NCBI GenBank assembly: GCA_013239625.1
Contig: MU054323.1
Span: 434,001 to 498,000, forward strand
Reading direction: 5' to 3'
DNA length: 64,000 bases
From: Lama guanicoe
Taxonomy: Eukaryota
A model generated the notes under the pieces. That model was not told where the DNA came from and made no database searches. It was given only the letters and a program-made list of their open reading frames with translations. Every line of letters starts with the position of its first letter. The stretch's first letter is position 1. The translations under genes were made by a program, and so were the position numbers. Positions 26,463 through 39,519 of the stretch are shown in pieces.

Positions 26463-27290
26463 CCAGTCAGAAAGCCCAACATTAAAAAATCTACAAACAA
26501 TAAATGCTGGAGAGGGTGTGGAGAAAAGGGAACCCTCCTGCACTGCTGGTGGGAATGTATTTTGGTGCAGCCGTTATGGAAAACAGAATGGAGATTCCTT
26601 AAAAACTAAAAATAGACTTACCCTATGATCCAGCAATCCCTCTGCTCGGTCTATATCTGGAGAAAACTCTCATTTGAAAAGATACCTGCACCCCAGTGTT
26701 CACAGCACCACTATTTACAACAGCCAAAGCATGGAAGCAACCTAAATGTGCAGCAACAGATGACTGGATAAAGAAGATATTATACACACACACGCACACA
26801 CACACACACGCACACACAATAGAATACTACTCAGCCATAAAAAAGAAAGAAATAACATGGATGGACCTAGAGATTATCATACTAAGTGAAGTCAGTCAGA
26901 AAGAGACAAATATCATATGATATCACTTATATGTGGAATCTTAAAAAATGATACAAATGAACTTATTTACAAAGCATAAACAGACTCACAGACATAGAAA
27001 GCAAACTTATGGCTACCAAAGGAGAAAGTGGAGGTGGGGGGGATAAATTAGGAGTTTGGGATTAGCAGATACACACTATTACATACAAAATAGATGAATG
27101 ACAAGGTCCTACTGTATAGCACAGGAAACTACATTCAATATCTTGTGTTAGCCTATAATGAAAAATAATATGAAAAGAAATATATATGTGTGTGTGTATC
27201 TATATTTTTATCTATGTATAACTGAATCACTATGCTGTAAACTGAAGTTAACACAACATTGTAAACCGACTATACTTTAATAAAAAAAAA
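26463..27290 (+). mobile_element. 5'-truncated LINE-1 (ORF2 C-terminus + 3' UTR + poly(A))
   Basis: Encodes [34 protein letters not shown] (ORF2 Cys-rich domain) and MFTAPLFTTAKAWKQPKC. AATAAA at 27279-27284 runs into an A-tail; internal (CA)n at 26784-26818. Confidence 0.95.
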
Positions 27291-27359
27291 TTTTTTTCAA
27301 GTGCTTGGCTGTCTTCCCCATGCTGACCCCGCAGTGTCCATTGCTAGTCTTGCCCCCAC

Positions 27360-27710
27360 ATCATTCATTCGGTAAGTATTTAATGCCTACCTGCAGTGAA
27401 ACAGCGCATATTAAAGACTGTGAGGAAAGAGGAGGAGCAGAAAGGACAGACAATCTGTATACAGAGATTTATGATGGTCCCTAATGACGGAGACTATGGA
27501 CAAAGCAGCACCCAGCTGGGGTGGAGGGGAAGGTGATGGGAATGTGTGTGTCCTGTGCTTCACAGGATGCGCAGAGTGTTCTTTAATAAGGTGACATTTG
27601 AACAGAGGTCCTCGTGAAATGAAGGCATCACCCCAGTGGGGATAAAGCATCACAGACCAAAGGAACCACGTGTGTGAAAACCCTAAGAAGGAAAGAACAG
27701 CGAGGATGCC
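27360..27710 (-). mobile_element. L2 3' relic
   Basis: tcattcattcggtaagtatttaatgcctac...aaggtgacatttgaacagaggtcct. Confidence 0.65.
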
Positions 27711-27789
27711 TCTGTGGTTGATGTCAGGACCAACGCCGGTGGCAAGAGTGTCCATGGATTAGAAGCACCGACGGCCGTCTTTCTCTGTC

Positions 27790-28490
27790 TTGCCCACAGT
27801 TTGGTCTGCACTGATGCTCACATCTTGACAGCCTTGGTAGATGACTAGTTAGGTCACACATCAGTCTGGTTCTCTTGGTCACTGTAGATCTGGGTCTTCA
27901 TAGACACAGGACAGCCTGGATCCAGTTTTTGCAGTGTGGCCAGTCTGCCAAACTTTTGTTAAGAGCTTACTGAGGTTTCTAAATTGTCTGAACCCCAAGT
28001 TATCTTCACAGACAGCCATTGATTGTGCCGGCCTCCGGAAGGGCTGCCTGTCACCTCTCAGCTGCTTGGTTCGCTTCACAGAACTTGACTAAGGTGGATC
28101 TCAGGGGAATGACCTCTTCACTTGATACCATTCTATGTAATTTTATAAAGACATTTCGGACTGTGTATTCAGAAAGCCAGGAATGTGCCCTACTCCTTGA
28201 GAGAAGTCCCCTATTACATACTTGCTCTATTGTTTCTATTGCCTTCTTATTCTTCAGTTTATTTAAGGAGATATTCTCTGGACAATATAGATTCTGCAAA
28301 CGATGGTGTTTCCCTTTTGCGTTGGCAGCCAGGAAGCTCCTCCTCAGCCCTGGGGACCATCGGTAGTGACTGGCCAGTAACAACCAGCATGAACGTCTCT
28401 GAATTAACTCTCCCCGGCATCAACTTGTCATTCTACTCTTCATTTCCTCCTGTATTCATCTTTCATCTTAGTAAACCAATTGGACTCTTT
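27790..28490 (-). mobile_element. Ancient non-LTR retrotransposon RT fragment, probably RTE clade (L4/MamRTE-like)
   Basis: Frameshifted minus-strand translation DPP*SSSVKRTKQLRGDRQP...RNLSKLLTKVWQTGH../KNWIQAVLCL...LTSHL resembles the RT N-terminal motif D.PPT..EV..AIKQLK..KAPG...L.KL..KIW.TG..P.DW..A.IV...NYR.I.L.S. Confidence 0.5.
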
Positions 28491-30789
28491 TTGAAGTGAT
28501 CTGGGTCTTGAATGAATCCCTAAGTAAATCACTTTTCCAGACACCTTCATATAAATTAATTTTAAGCACCTACTATGCGAAAAGAAGCATGTTAGGATCG
28601 CGGGGGATGGAGGAAACTGAAGAAAGTGTTGCAGAGGCCCTGCCCTCCAGCTGAAGTCCCTATTCTATTTGCCCATCAATTTCTCATGGGCCAGATCTCA
28701 GTGAATGCCAGCATTCTATAGAAGGAAGAAGCTGACCCCCAGATTCCATCACTCTAAAGGATTAATTACTTGCATAATTTACTTTGTTCATAATGGTGTT
28801 GGGCCTAGAACCTACAGAGAGGAAATCGAGTTTTTAAAACAGAAGATGGTTGGGTCATCATTACTTCACCACGTCTGTGTGGGTGTCTTTGTCTTGAATG
28901 TAATTAAGAGCCTTGGTGCGAGGTTTTAAATGTCTGATCAACCATCCCCCACACTTTCACCCAACGTGGCCACAAAGGGAGGCTAAGACTCATTCAAACC
29001 AGAACTTAGCAGCCTCATACAGTCCTATGCGTGAGGGGGGAGGCAAGGGGCTTGGAGGGAGAATATATTGAGATCTGCCCTTTGATCGTGTTCAATGCGA
29101 CTTTGCATTTACCTGGGGGATTAAAAGTTCTCATTGACCAAGGCTCCCGGCTTCCTACTCAGCCTTTGACGGGACAAGTGTTAATTGGACAATATAATGG
29201 GGACAATGTTAATTCCCCTCTTAGAGTTCCTTTTCTTGTTCAGTCAAATAGAAAGGCCCTTTTAAATGGCAGAGAGGGGAAGAAAGGAGCTGGTTTATAA
29301 GGGTAATAGACTGCACATCTTCCCCCTTGTCTCAGTACAAGTGCAGTGGAGTCAGCATAAAGCCGGCCCTAAACAGCAACAGAAAGGGAACGACGTGGTA
29401 GTTTGCATGGAATGTCACCCTGGATTTAGGGATGGGGAAGCCTGGCCAGGAGGCTCGGCTGCTTTTGTAACAATGCGGGGTGGGGAGTGTGGGGGTGGTA
29501 GAAGCCATGAGACTCGGGGCAGGGAAAGGACAGGTTGGTGAGTGTAGGAAACGCGGCGGGGGGGGGTGGTGCGGGGGGTGACAAGGACAATGGAACCTGG
29601 ACAGTCAGGAAATCCGGTGGGATCCTGAACATTTGGATTGAGCCTGGACCCCGCAGAGTTCACGACTGTACAGGGTAACCAGCAAGGGGTGGGGATCCTA
29701 GAAGCAACAGCCAGCTTTTAGAGGTTTCTGTAATTAGGATCTTCCTCCTGCCCCCTCTTTAAACAGGCTGGTGCTCAGTTGTCTGTGGCTTCTACGATCC
29801 ACCCTCTTCTTCCTTCCCATCCGTAGAAACTAACATTTTCCTCCCAAGCGCCATCTCCTCGCACCCCTACTTGTCTCTCTCCTAACAAATTCTTCCTCTC
29901 CATGAACTTCAACCAGTACTTCTTCCAGCCCAGATTTTTATGAAAGATGACCACAGTGCGTTCAGTTTTTCATTTGTTTATTTATTTGACAGACATTTTC
30001 TGGGCATTACCTGGATAGCAGGTCCTCTGCTGGGTGTCCTTGAGCAAGTCACCTGACCTCGCTGTGCCTCACACATTCAGAGATGGGAATAATTGTCCCA
30101 GATTTTAGTCTACAAGGTTCTCTTTGGGATCAATGGAGAGAATGGATGTAAAAATGCCTTAGAAACTATCCAATTTGGGAAATGAATGATTCTCTTTGTT
30201 ATTTTTATTCACTGGGGACATCAAAGGATGCATAAGAAATGATGAGGGACAGAGACAAGACCATCTCTATTGAAAGACAAGCTTGCCAGGCACAGACAGA
30301 GCACGACGTAGGACGCTTCCAGCTTGAGAGATCGGAGTGGGCTCTGGTTGTCCACGCTAGTCCCCTGCGGGAGGTCCCAAGCCCTTTCTGGCATCCAATC
30401 TTTTTATCAGTAAACTGCCAGGTGGAGGTATCTTACTGGTCGCTCAGCACACTGACAGCTCCAGCTTCTCGGATCCTACTTTTCTGACCCTACTTGGACT
30501 GGCCATTTTCCAAGTTTTTCTTTTGCAAATTTTATAATCACGCCAATTTGGGATAATTCGAGAACTCTCCACAAAAATGAAATCTGCAACTTTTCACCCA
30601 ATCTCACACTCTTTTGTTTTTAGGGTTGATGAAGAATAGAGATATAGCTGACCATCCATATTTAAGACCAACCCTGGAGCAACTCCTGGACTTATGCGGG
30701 TCTCATTTCATGGTGGAACAGGAGAGAAAGGTGGGGACACCAGCCTTGACTTGTGTTCCACTGGCGTTCTTTCCCTCAGGGCTCAGAGG

Positions 30790-31365
30790 GCTGTGCTTGT
30801 TATGAACCTGCTGTTTCCTAGTTCTATTACCCCCCCCCCCATTTATACCCTGCTGGAGCTGGAAGTCTACAAACTGCATTTGTTATCTTCTCTTGCAGGT
30901 GGATTTTCTGACTACTTCTGCCAGTAGGAGACCCTGGTGGGAGACTGACCAGAGGGCGGACGGAAGGGAGAATTCTGCTCTGATTCAGACAAGGTGGTGT
31001 CACTGGAAGCTGCTGCTGGATCTTGTAGTGGCAACAGGAGTGGAGCGATTCTGAGCTCCAGCAGGCTGGCAGGAGGAAGCATATTTTCCAGCAGCTGTAT
31101 TTCTAGCTCCACTTCTCTGGTGGATCCAGAACCACCTGAGACACCATCTCCAAGAACTCAGCGGCACAAACAGGCTCCCAAGCATTGGTCGGGGAGTGGG
31201 TGAGCAGCATTGCACCTCTAAATATTACGTCGTTCCTTTCAGTGCCACTAACACACCCTCACTCTTTAATTTGGTATTCCAGTCCTTCTAACTCCTTTGT
31301 AGCCAATCTCCTGTATTAAATTCCCTCCACTTGAAATGCCTGAGAAAATGATTTCTTACTGATAC
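30790..31365 (+). mobile_element. ERVL solo LTR (LTR33-like)
   Basis: ggagctggaagtctacaaactgcattt...ttctgccagtaggag...ctgtattaaattccctccacttgaaatgcct...actgataca. Confidence 0.65.
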
Positions 31366-32469
31366 AAAGCCTATACGAGAATCTTTGTCCAGTGTTCTTC
31401 TGGGGCTGAAGAGAAAACAATTTCTGTTCAAAGATGCAAAGCTCAGTTAATGTTGCTCCTTGCTAACCCTGAAACCTGGGGTGATTCCCTCTAACTCTCT
31501 GAGCCTCAGTTTTCCCATCTGTGGAATGAACATAGTAAGTTCAGGTTGTCCTTCCTCACGGGGATGAACTATTGCTCAGAAACATGCGACGGTGTGATGT
31601 GACGGTGCACAGTCTTAGCACTGCATAGTCAGGGCATCTGATGCACTTGACCCGACACATTTCCCCATCAACTCGTCTTTGTACATCTGCTCCATCAACT
31701 AGCATCCGGCCTTTGATGGGGCTCTTCTTGCTCTGAGCTGAAAGCTGCACACTTCAGACTTACCAGCCCTTAAATATTTCATAGCAGACTGGCTGGAAAT
31801 TAATATTTTATGACAAACTCCTTGGCACTTAAATATTTAATCACTGGTGAGTAACGAATCAGCACCAGGAAAACTTTCAGTCCCTTGTACCAGTTTTAAA
31901 GGATCTTTGGTTCTGGTCTCAGAGGACAGAGGGACCAATGGCAAATCTATTTCTACACTAAATTTCATATTTTTAAAGACTCAAAAAATGGCCTCAGTAC
32001 CAATCTGAGACTCTAGATCAGAGAACTTCATCCTCAAAGACCACAAGCAAATTGGAAATAACCATAGTTTGAGAAACATTGGCTGAACAGCTAAAATAAT
32101 AAACATTTATGTCAGTTTAAATCCTAAGAAAACACAGGCACTGTGCATAAAGAAGAGATATTCTTAGAGGCACAAATGTAGAGCTTGGGGTAGGGGATCG
32201 AAATCTTTTTGTTTTCAGTGGTGACCTGACTGAGTATGATGTCAAGAGATGCTCCCAGAAAAAAGTTAGGAAATCTTCAATAAGAAAAGTAGGTGCAGAG
32301 GTTGGAAGCATTCATGGAACTCCATGCTTGAAAAGTAAGACTAGTAAAAGTTTCTTGAGTTGGAATTCAAAGGATCTGCTGGTGTCCACATGCTAGGATA
32401 AAGTCAGCTTCATCACCACAATGAAGATTGCTCCTAGAATTTATCCTTAAAGGACTTCATTTCTCAACT

Positions 32470-33012
32470 CTGTTAGACACTACTTTCTGCCACCCAAAAG
32501 CCATTGTCCCATTTCTTCTTGATTGTTAGAAGAGCCCTGAATTCATTTGGGGCATCAGCCTCTCATATGGTTAAAGGAGGGAGGTCATTCCATCCTCAAG
32601 GGTGAATGTCTAAACCGACCGTGGAAATTCTATTCTCCTTTCTTACCACTGTTTCAGTTGTGGGTACATTAAGTAATCCTAGCCAATATGGTATGAAGAT
32701 AATCGGGGGTAGCTGGTCAAGGGGCTTTGGGGAAAGGCATTCCTCAATGATGAAAAGAGACCCAGAATGGGGAGCAACCTGCCTGTCTTTAGATGCTGTT
32801 GTGTGGAGTTGTGGGGAGGTGACCTCATGATGAGGAGACAGGCTGAAGATCAAAGTCGAGAAGAGACAGAAGAAAAATGGGAGCCCTTGTTCCCAGTGTC
32901 ACTAAGTTGACCAAATCTGGTAGCGCTTTATCAATAGGCTTCTTATTATGTGTTTAAGCTGCTTTTAGTTGAGTGTTCTGTTATTCTTAGCCAGAAGCAT
33001 TCTCATCAATGT
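32470..33012 (+). mobile_element. ERVL solo LTR (LTR16-like)
   Basis: Starts tgttagacact...cacccaaaagccatt; ends gtttaagctgcttttagttgagtgttctgttattcttagccagaagcattctc. Confidence 0.65.
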
Positions 33013-33069
33013 ATCAAGGGAGTAGTGGAGGTAGAGTCAATGGTTAGCAAGATAAAGATTAGAAATAAA

Positions 33070-33800
33070 TGACAGGTAGTTAAAAAGTAAGACAATAATG
33101 AGAAACTTTCCCACACCCATTAGATTGGCTCATAATCAAGGCTGATACGCGCTGACCTTTGGTGAAGACGTGGAGTCCTGGGACCTCTCCTGTTCTTCCA
33201 CGGGCACACGGAAGTCTAACTTGCTCCATCACGCCAAGGAACAAGTCGGCAGCATCTAGTAGTGCAGAAGATGTGCCTAATCCATCATCTAGCAATTCTC
33301 CTCTTTGGCAAATACCTAGAGATGCTCTTATACATAGACAAGTATAATAACGTTCACGGCAGCATTGGTGTAACAGGGGAAGCCGGAAACAAACCCTGAT
33401 GACTGTCAACTTGAAAACAAATAGATCACTTCTCCACACTTTGGTCTGATGAGTAAACTCCAGCTCTGTGTATTAACATGATTAAATATCAAAAATACAA
33501 CGTTGAGTGAAAAAAAAAAAAAAGCAAGTTCCAGAGGGCTATAGAAACTTCCCACATGAAGTTTAAAAACTCAAATGAGATGATATAGTAAAAATGATAA
33601 GAAATGCATTGGAATAATAAACACCATGTTCAAAATAGTGGCTTCCTTTGAGGAAATGCAGAGGGGGGAGGGCACACAGGGGGCTCCAATAAGACTTAAA
33701 TTATTTTCTTTCTTAAGCAGGAGTGTGAGTGGATGGGTGGCCATTATACTATCATCCATACTTGTTTATGTGTCTGAAATATTTCATTAAAATGTTTCTT
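33070..33800 (+). mobile_element. Old L1M (L1MC/ME-type) 3' region
   Basis: cacacccattagattggc...agcaattctcctct...cagcattggtgtaac...aacgttgagtgaaaaaa..gcaagtt. Confidence 0.7.
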
Positions 33801-33809
33801 GAGGCTGAG

Positions 33810-34575
33810 ATTATGGGCTAGAATCAATGCAGTGAAGCTGACACAGATGAATAAATGGTCCTGAATCAGTTCCCCAATGTGAGTTTTTAAAAGTTAGGTG
33901 GTAGCACTTGGGCTAACAGTAGTTTATATGAAAAGGAGCCAGAGGGGTTTTGTTTCATTTTTACCACAAGATGATTATAAACCAATAGGGTGATGTAATT
34001 TCCAAACAAGTGAGTGTAACTTGGGTTATAACAATAGAATTACGGTGACAAATTTAACAGAAATGAGAGCCTAGCTTTCTTTTGCACTGACCAGACCTGG
34101 CCTAGAGGATGAAGTTCAGGTCTAGATCTGTCATTTTATGAAAGATATTGTTGGACTAGAATGAAATGAAAGCAAACAGTTTGATGAAAGTACTTGAAAC
34201 AGTGTCATATAAGGAGAAGCAGGTGAAGAGAGGGTGTAGGAGCAATAACTCACTTTTATCACATCTTTGATGGGCTGTCATTGAGCAAAAGGAGAATATA
34301 TGTCCCCTGGGGCCAGAGGGCAGAGCCACATCCAATATTGGGAGGTACTGGGCACGTGTGTTAGGTGTGGGGATACTTTTAGCTCAGTATGAACCAGAGC
34401 GGTCTAATATTAGAGGTTAGACCCTACCATTGGGATCGGTGGCCTAGGGAGGTGGTAGACCTCCTGTCACTTGCAATGTCCAAGAAGGTTTTGCAGTGTG
34501 GTAGGGGGCTCTAGCACCGAGTTGATGACTGGACTGGACAACCTCTGAGGTCCCAATCCTGAGGTTGTACGGTCA
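33810..34575 (+). mobile_element. L3/CR1 LINE 3' portion
   Basis: ttttgcactgaccagacctggcctagaggatgaagttcaggtctag..cattttatgaaagatattg..ggactaga (CR1 RT end 'ALVRPHLEYCVQFW..HF.KDID.LE'), ending in a CR1/MIR3-like acctctgaggtccc. Confidence 0.65.
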
Positions 34576-35601
34576 TGGGACAGAGCACATAATACAGCTA
34601 TTATTGGGACATGTCTGTAATTAGAAATGAGAGTTTCAGGCCCACCAGGGAGAGGTCCTAGAGGTAACTCGAGGACTGGCTTGGCCATCAGCTCTGTGAT
34701 CAGGAGTACTAGTTAATCTTTGTCCTTTCCATTTGCCAAAAGGTGGAGGAAAAATCCTTGGACATGGGTGAAGACTTGTTTCTTCCAAGTGGAACTGGCT
34801 GATACGGAGGTTGTGGGAAAAATGGCCCACTTTCTGTCATCATAAGGACACAGCCCTCAAAAGCATGTTCCAGTGATGTTGGGGTATTTGAGGATGGTTG
34901 ATATCTGTAAGCTACAGCCTGTGGGATGCCAGTCTCACCTTATGGACTGGTCATTTTAAGTGTTGATGAGTAAGGGAAATTGTGGGCACTTAGTCAGCAA
35001 TGAGTACCTAAGTAGGCAGGAGATGGGGCTCAAATTGCCTTTTTCTCAATTGTAATTTTGAGGAATTGAGATTTCTACACAGGTGCTCTAAGGTTCTGGG
35101 TTCTGGAAGGTACAGGAAGCAGACAGGAAAGTAAGAAAGAAACCCTCCTCACAGTGTGAAGATAATTATGTCTTTCTTTGCAAGCCAGATTTCCTCAGTG
35201 GCTGGTGTTCTGTATCTCTTGTTGTTTTCCCAAAGCCTTTAGTAAATTTTTGCATCACTGTTCTAGTCAGGTCTCAGCTGTGTTTGGTAGAGTGTTAAAA
35301 ACAGAGTGCCGAGTAACAAAAAGCATTAAGAATCAATGAAAGAAGATAATTCCCCTCTATTCCCTTGCTCTGTGGGACTATGAAATCTCCATACCAGAGA
35401 GAAAGCCCCTGGTCCAGTAAGACCTGTCTGTGTCTAATGTGGAGGCTCTGAATGCTACTTTTTCAAAGGAAAGAAAGAGATCCTCTTAGTGGTATCTTGT
35501 ATATACTCAGCATGTTGACCTGCTCCTGGGTGATTGTCACTTTCCTGTAACCTAAGATCTCAGAGATCACGGCTGAGATTTAGAGTCCTTTCAGTAGGAG
35601 C

Positions 35602-36030
35602 ATATTAGTTATCTATTGCTGTGTAACAAATCACCCTGAAACTTGGCAGTTTACAATGACCACCATTTAGTATCTCCCACAGTTTCTGAGTGTTGGGAGC
35701 TGGTTGTGGCTTAGCTAGGCGATTCTGGCTTAGGGTCTCTTATGAAAATTGCAGCCAGCCTGGGGCTGCCACCTCTGAAGTCTCGGATGGGTCTGAGAAT
35801 CCAATTCCAAGCTCACTTACGTGGCTGTTGCAAGGAGAACCCAATCCTTACCATGTGGGCCTTTGTTTAGAGTTATTCATGACCTGGCTTCTGTAATGGA
35901 GCAACAGAAATGGAAATTGCAGCCTGTCCTAACCTAATCTTGGAAGTGACGTACCATCTCTTCTGCCTTATTCTACTGGTCACGCAGACCAACCCAGGTT
36001 CAAAGCCTAAGGTGTGAGTACCAGGAGGCA
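35602..36030 (-). mobile_element. MaLR LTR (MLT1-type)
   Basis: atattagttatctattgctgtgtaacaaatcaccctgaaacttggcagttt...cttggaagtgacgtaccatctcttctgccttattctactggtcac. Confidence 0.8.
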
Positions 36031-37069
36031 GCACTGGGAGTTGGAACTCTAATTGCAAACATAAACATTTAAATTCACTCCAGAAAGATCCATATCTGGG
36101 CATAAGGAATGTTAATATTTCCTCCTTCCTTCAAGAGGCTCTTTTAAGCATGTCCTTTGTGCCAGTCACTGTTCTAGGTGCTGAAAATACCCGATGAGCA
36201 AGACGTTCAAGGTTCCCGAATTCAGGGATTTTACATTTCAGTGGGAGAGACAGAAAATGAACAAAATTTTTACAAATGGCTTTTTAATGTCCGAGTCAAT
36301 CTTTCTTCACAACAGACCTTGAGGACAGTGTTACCAGGGTCCCCATTTTCCACGTTAGGAAGCCAAGTCTTAAAGAGACAATGGGATTTTTCCAGGATCC
36401 CACTGAGTGAGAGGCAGGGCTGGGCTTTGAGCAGGTCCTTTGCCTCTTCCCCAAGTCGAGGCAGATCACTTTGGGGTGGCCCATAAAGGCAAGGCCCTGC
36501 AAACTGGGTCCATACTTTAGAATATTAAAGTTCTGTCCTAGTTCCCACTAGATTGTAGGCTCCTTAAGGGCAGGCCTGGTCCTTTCTTTCAGTCCCTGCA
36601 TCCCCTAGACATCCTGATATTGTAAAATGGAGCAGCTTCCAGCCCTTACCATATTCCTTCCTGGGCTCTGTTCTGCCTGTGCCCACTGGCCTGCTGGGGT
36701 TTGTGGCTGTGAAGGAGGCCATTCCCTGGAAGCTTTGCTGGCTGTGAGCATTGGCCTTGCAGAGTCAATACTGGGGAGCTGTGGAAACATGTCACAGCCT
36801 CATTTTCAGTGAGGGCACTTGGAAAGAGAAATGTGTTGACCGTTTGTCAGCAAAAATGGGTAATCGGAACCAAAGTGCTTTCACCTGTATCATCCCACTG
36901 CCTCTCAAAACTGATGTGAAGTAGGCAGGATGGAGCTTACTGGCCTGTTTTACAGATGAAGACACTTTTGAGTGAGGGTTGTCTGACTCTGTCTCTCTTC
37001 CCTCCCCGACCCCTGCCATAGCTGTCCCTGGAGAGTGTTCTGTACAATGAGATTCCACGTGGTCCAGTC

Positions 37070-37236
37070 TGGAGTGGTGCCTCTCAAACTTCCACGGACG
37101 AACGACCTAGGGGATCTTAGTAACGTGCAAATTCTGAATCTGTAGTTCTTGGGTGGTTCCTGAGATTATGCATTTCTCACAGGCTTCCAGGGAATTCCCA
37201 GCTGCTGCTCCACAGAACACACTTTGGGTCACAAGG
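37070..37236. mobile_element. hAT-Charlie MITE (MER5A-like)
   Basis: agtggtgcctctcaaactt...gcaaattctgaatctgtag...gcatttctcacaggcttccaggg...cagaacacactttg. Confidence 0.75.
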
Positions 37237-38231
37237 GCCATTCTGTCCAGTTTCCATACTTCAGAGCCCCACCCATCCTTTAACATACAGGCCAACAATG
37301 ACCCCTGCCCCCAGGGAGCCTATTTGACATCTCCTGCTGGAAGTGCCTCTTCCTCCCTGAGCACCATCCCCTCTGAGGAGAGCAGTCACAGCCCCTTGCA
37401 CTAAAATGACCTGTGATCTCAAAGGCTCCTCTGTGGTCATGACCCACACTGGGTTGGACCCCCAGTGCCTCTGAATTTCCTTATAGTCTTGTCATTGACC
37501 TTTCTGCAAATGTAGGCAGTACCAGTGATGAGAGTGTGAGCCCTGGGGTGCGCAGCTGTGCTGAATAGCTTACTTCTCCATTTCTTTCCTCATGGGACAG
37601 TTCACTGACCGATATAATCTTACACTGGTATTGACAAGACCGTGCTGGTCATCTTTGGGGCCTCTGTAAGTTTCAACTGGTAAGGCAGCTGGCAGACTGT
37701 GGGCTCTACGTCTTCATAACTGGCACATTTTGAGTCAGTTACAGCTGACCTTTAACTTAGGGAAAAATCTCTTCTCAGAAAATGGAAAATGTAGACATAC
37801 ATTGAATGACGTCCCTGTCCCAAGCTCTGGTCTGTAGCAGGTACAAGTTTCTCGGGGGCAGATACGAGCTGATATTTATATCGAAATTCACATTATCTGC
37901 AACATGTAGACATACCCAATAAATTCTCAGTTGTGCTGGGCTGGGCCATGTACATATACTTTCTAAAAACCCAGGAAAGCATTGTAACACATTCTCAGAG
38001 AATCTTAATCTTTTGAGTTTCTCTTTTAAAAGTTTAGGATTAGGCAGTCTTCTAGGTGAGGAAGTTGGTTATCCCTTTTTACTGGACAGATGGGCACACA
38101 GATGCTCTGGGGAGTTCATTCACCCTACCCTGACATTTCTGCAGTCCTGGCTTTGTCTTACAGTGGATCTTGGAACACGTCCAAAATATACTTAGACATA
38201 CTTCTCCGGGAGAAAAGCTTTTACACTTCAG

Positions 38232-38234
<3 letters not shown>

Positions 38235-38272
<38 letters not shown>

Positions 38273-38279
38273 CACACAC
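38235..38279. repeat. (CA)n microsatellite
   Basis: Long near-perfect (AC)n run, directly visible. Confidence 0.97.
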
Positions 38280-39519
38280 TCTTAATTTGAGGTTGAATTT
38301 TTCTGCCCTAATTAGCTGCGTCTTTGAGCTTCAAGAGCTGGTTTTACTGTGGTTATTAACGAGGCCAACGTCTGATCGCTGGCCTTTTTCAAAAGCATTC
38401 CAGCCTGCTAAACAGTGGCCTTTCATGATTTACAAGTTTGGAATCTTTGGGAGTTTTCAACAATTAAGGTGCTAACTTTTCGCACTCGCCTGGTCTCCAG
38501 ACTTCTTAATCACAAGACCTTGAGAGTGGGCTGTGGCGAGAGGAGCCTGGCCCTCCTGCAGGCTGCCTCCTAGATGTGGGAGGGTCCAGTGAGCTCATCC
38601 AGTCCAGCGGGCATCGCTGCCAGAGAGGATGTTGGCAGGAAGTCACTGGCACTGCTCATCGGCGAGGAGCAATGGTCCAGAGCGAGAGCTGTCAGATAGG
38701 GAGTGACTCCAAAGACACGAGAGGAAACAGCCCCTTCCTTGAACTTAGCGTGCCACAGTTTTCAAAGAACTTGCAAACCTGAAAGCTCACTTGATCTTTA
38801 CAACAAGGCTGTGCAGTGTGCAGACAGACGCCATTATTACTGAATGGGTAGAGTGAGGATCAGAGGGGTGTAGTGACTTGTCTAAACACACACAGTCAGT
38901 GGCAGAACTGGGACTCAAGGATGCTCTGGTTCTTAGTTCATAGCTCGTTCCAAAAGATGTATCAACTCCTTCAGTCTAAAACTGTACCCCTTCTTTGGTG
39001 AAAATTTCAAATGCTGGCTTACGACTTCTCTATCATAAGCAACGAATTGCATTCAACTTTCGTGGGACCCTTACAGATTCTTTGGACATCCTCTGGTCCC
39101 ATTTGATCTAACAATAAACCCTGATGCCCACCACCAGTGAAAAAGTTAAAGGACTGATCCTTCATGTTTAAAAACATCTTTTCTTCACAGAGAAACTGAT
39201 TGCTAGCTAGTATTAAAATCCAAGCACATAGATGACATGTTAAGAAAATATGGAAAATAAAAGAGGTGATTACATATCAAGCAGGACCTCCAGGCTGTGT
39301 AAGGAATGTAGAATGAGCTGTGTTTTTATCAAGATAGAAAAAGACCTAGAATTCAATTGCTGTGTGGCTTTTATTTATTTGAAATAAAGCAGGTGAAGAT
39401 GACTTCTACTCTGTAAAGCACTGTGTACATTTTAGCTGTTTTCTTAACATGATCAAAGTTATTGGTGCCTATCAGTTTCTCAATGCACTTAGGAAAGTCT
39501 TATTAACTGACTAAAGCGT

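Noticed and set aside
26440..27315. TSD for the plus-strand L1 (tcaaggtgcacaggtgtc vs tcaagtgcttggctgtc)
   Set aside because: Too many mismatches to distinguish from chance.
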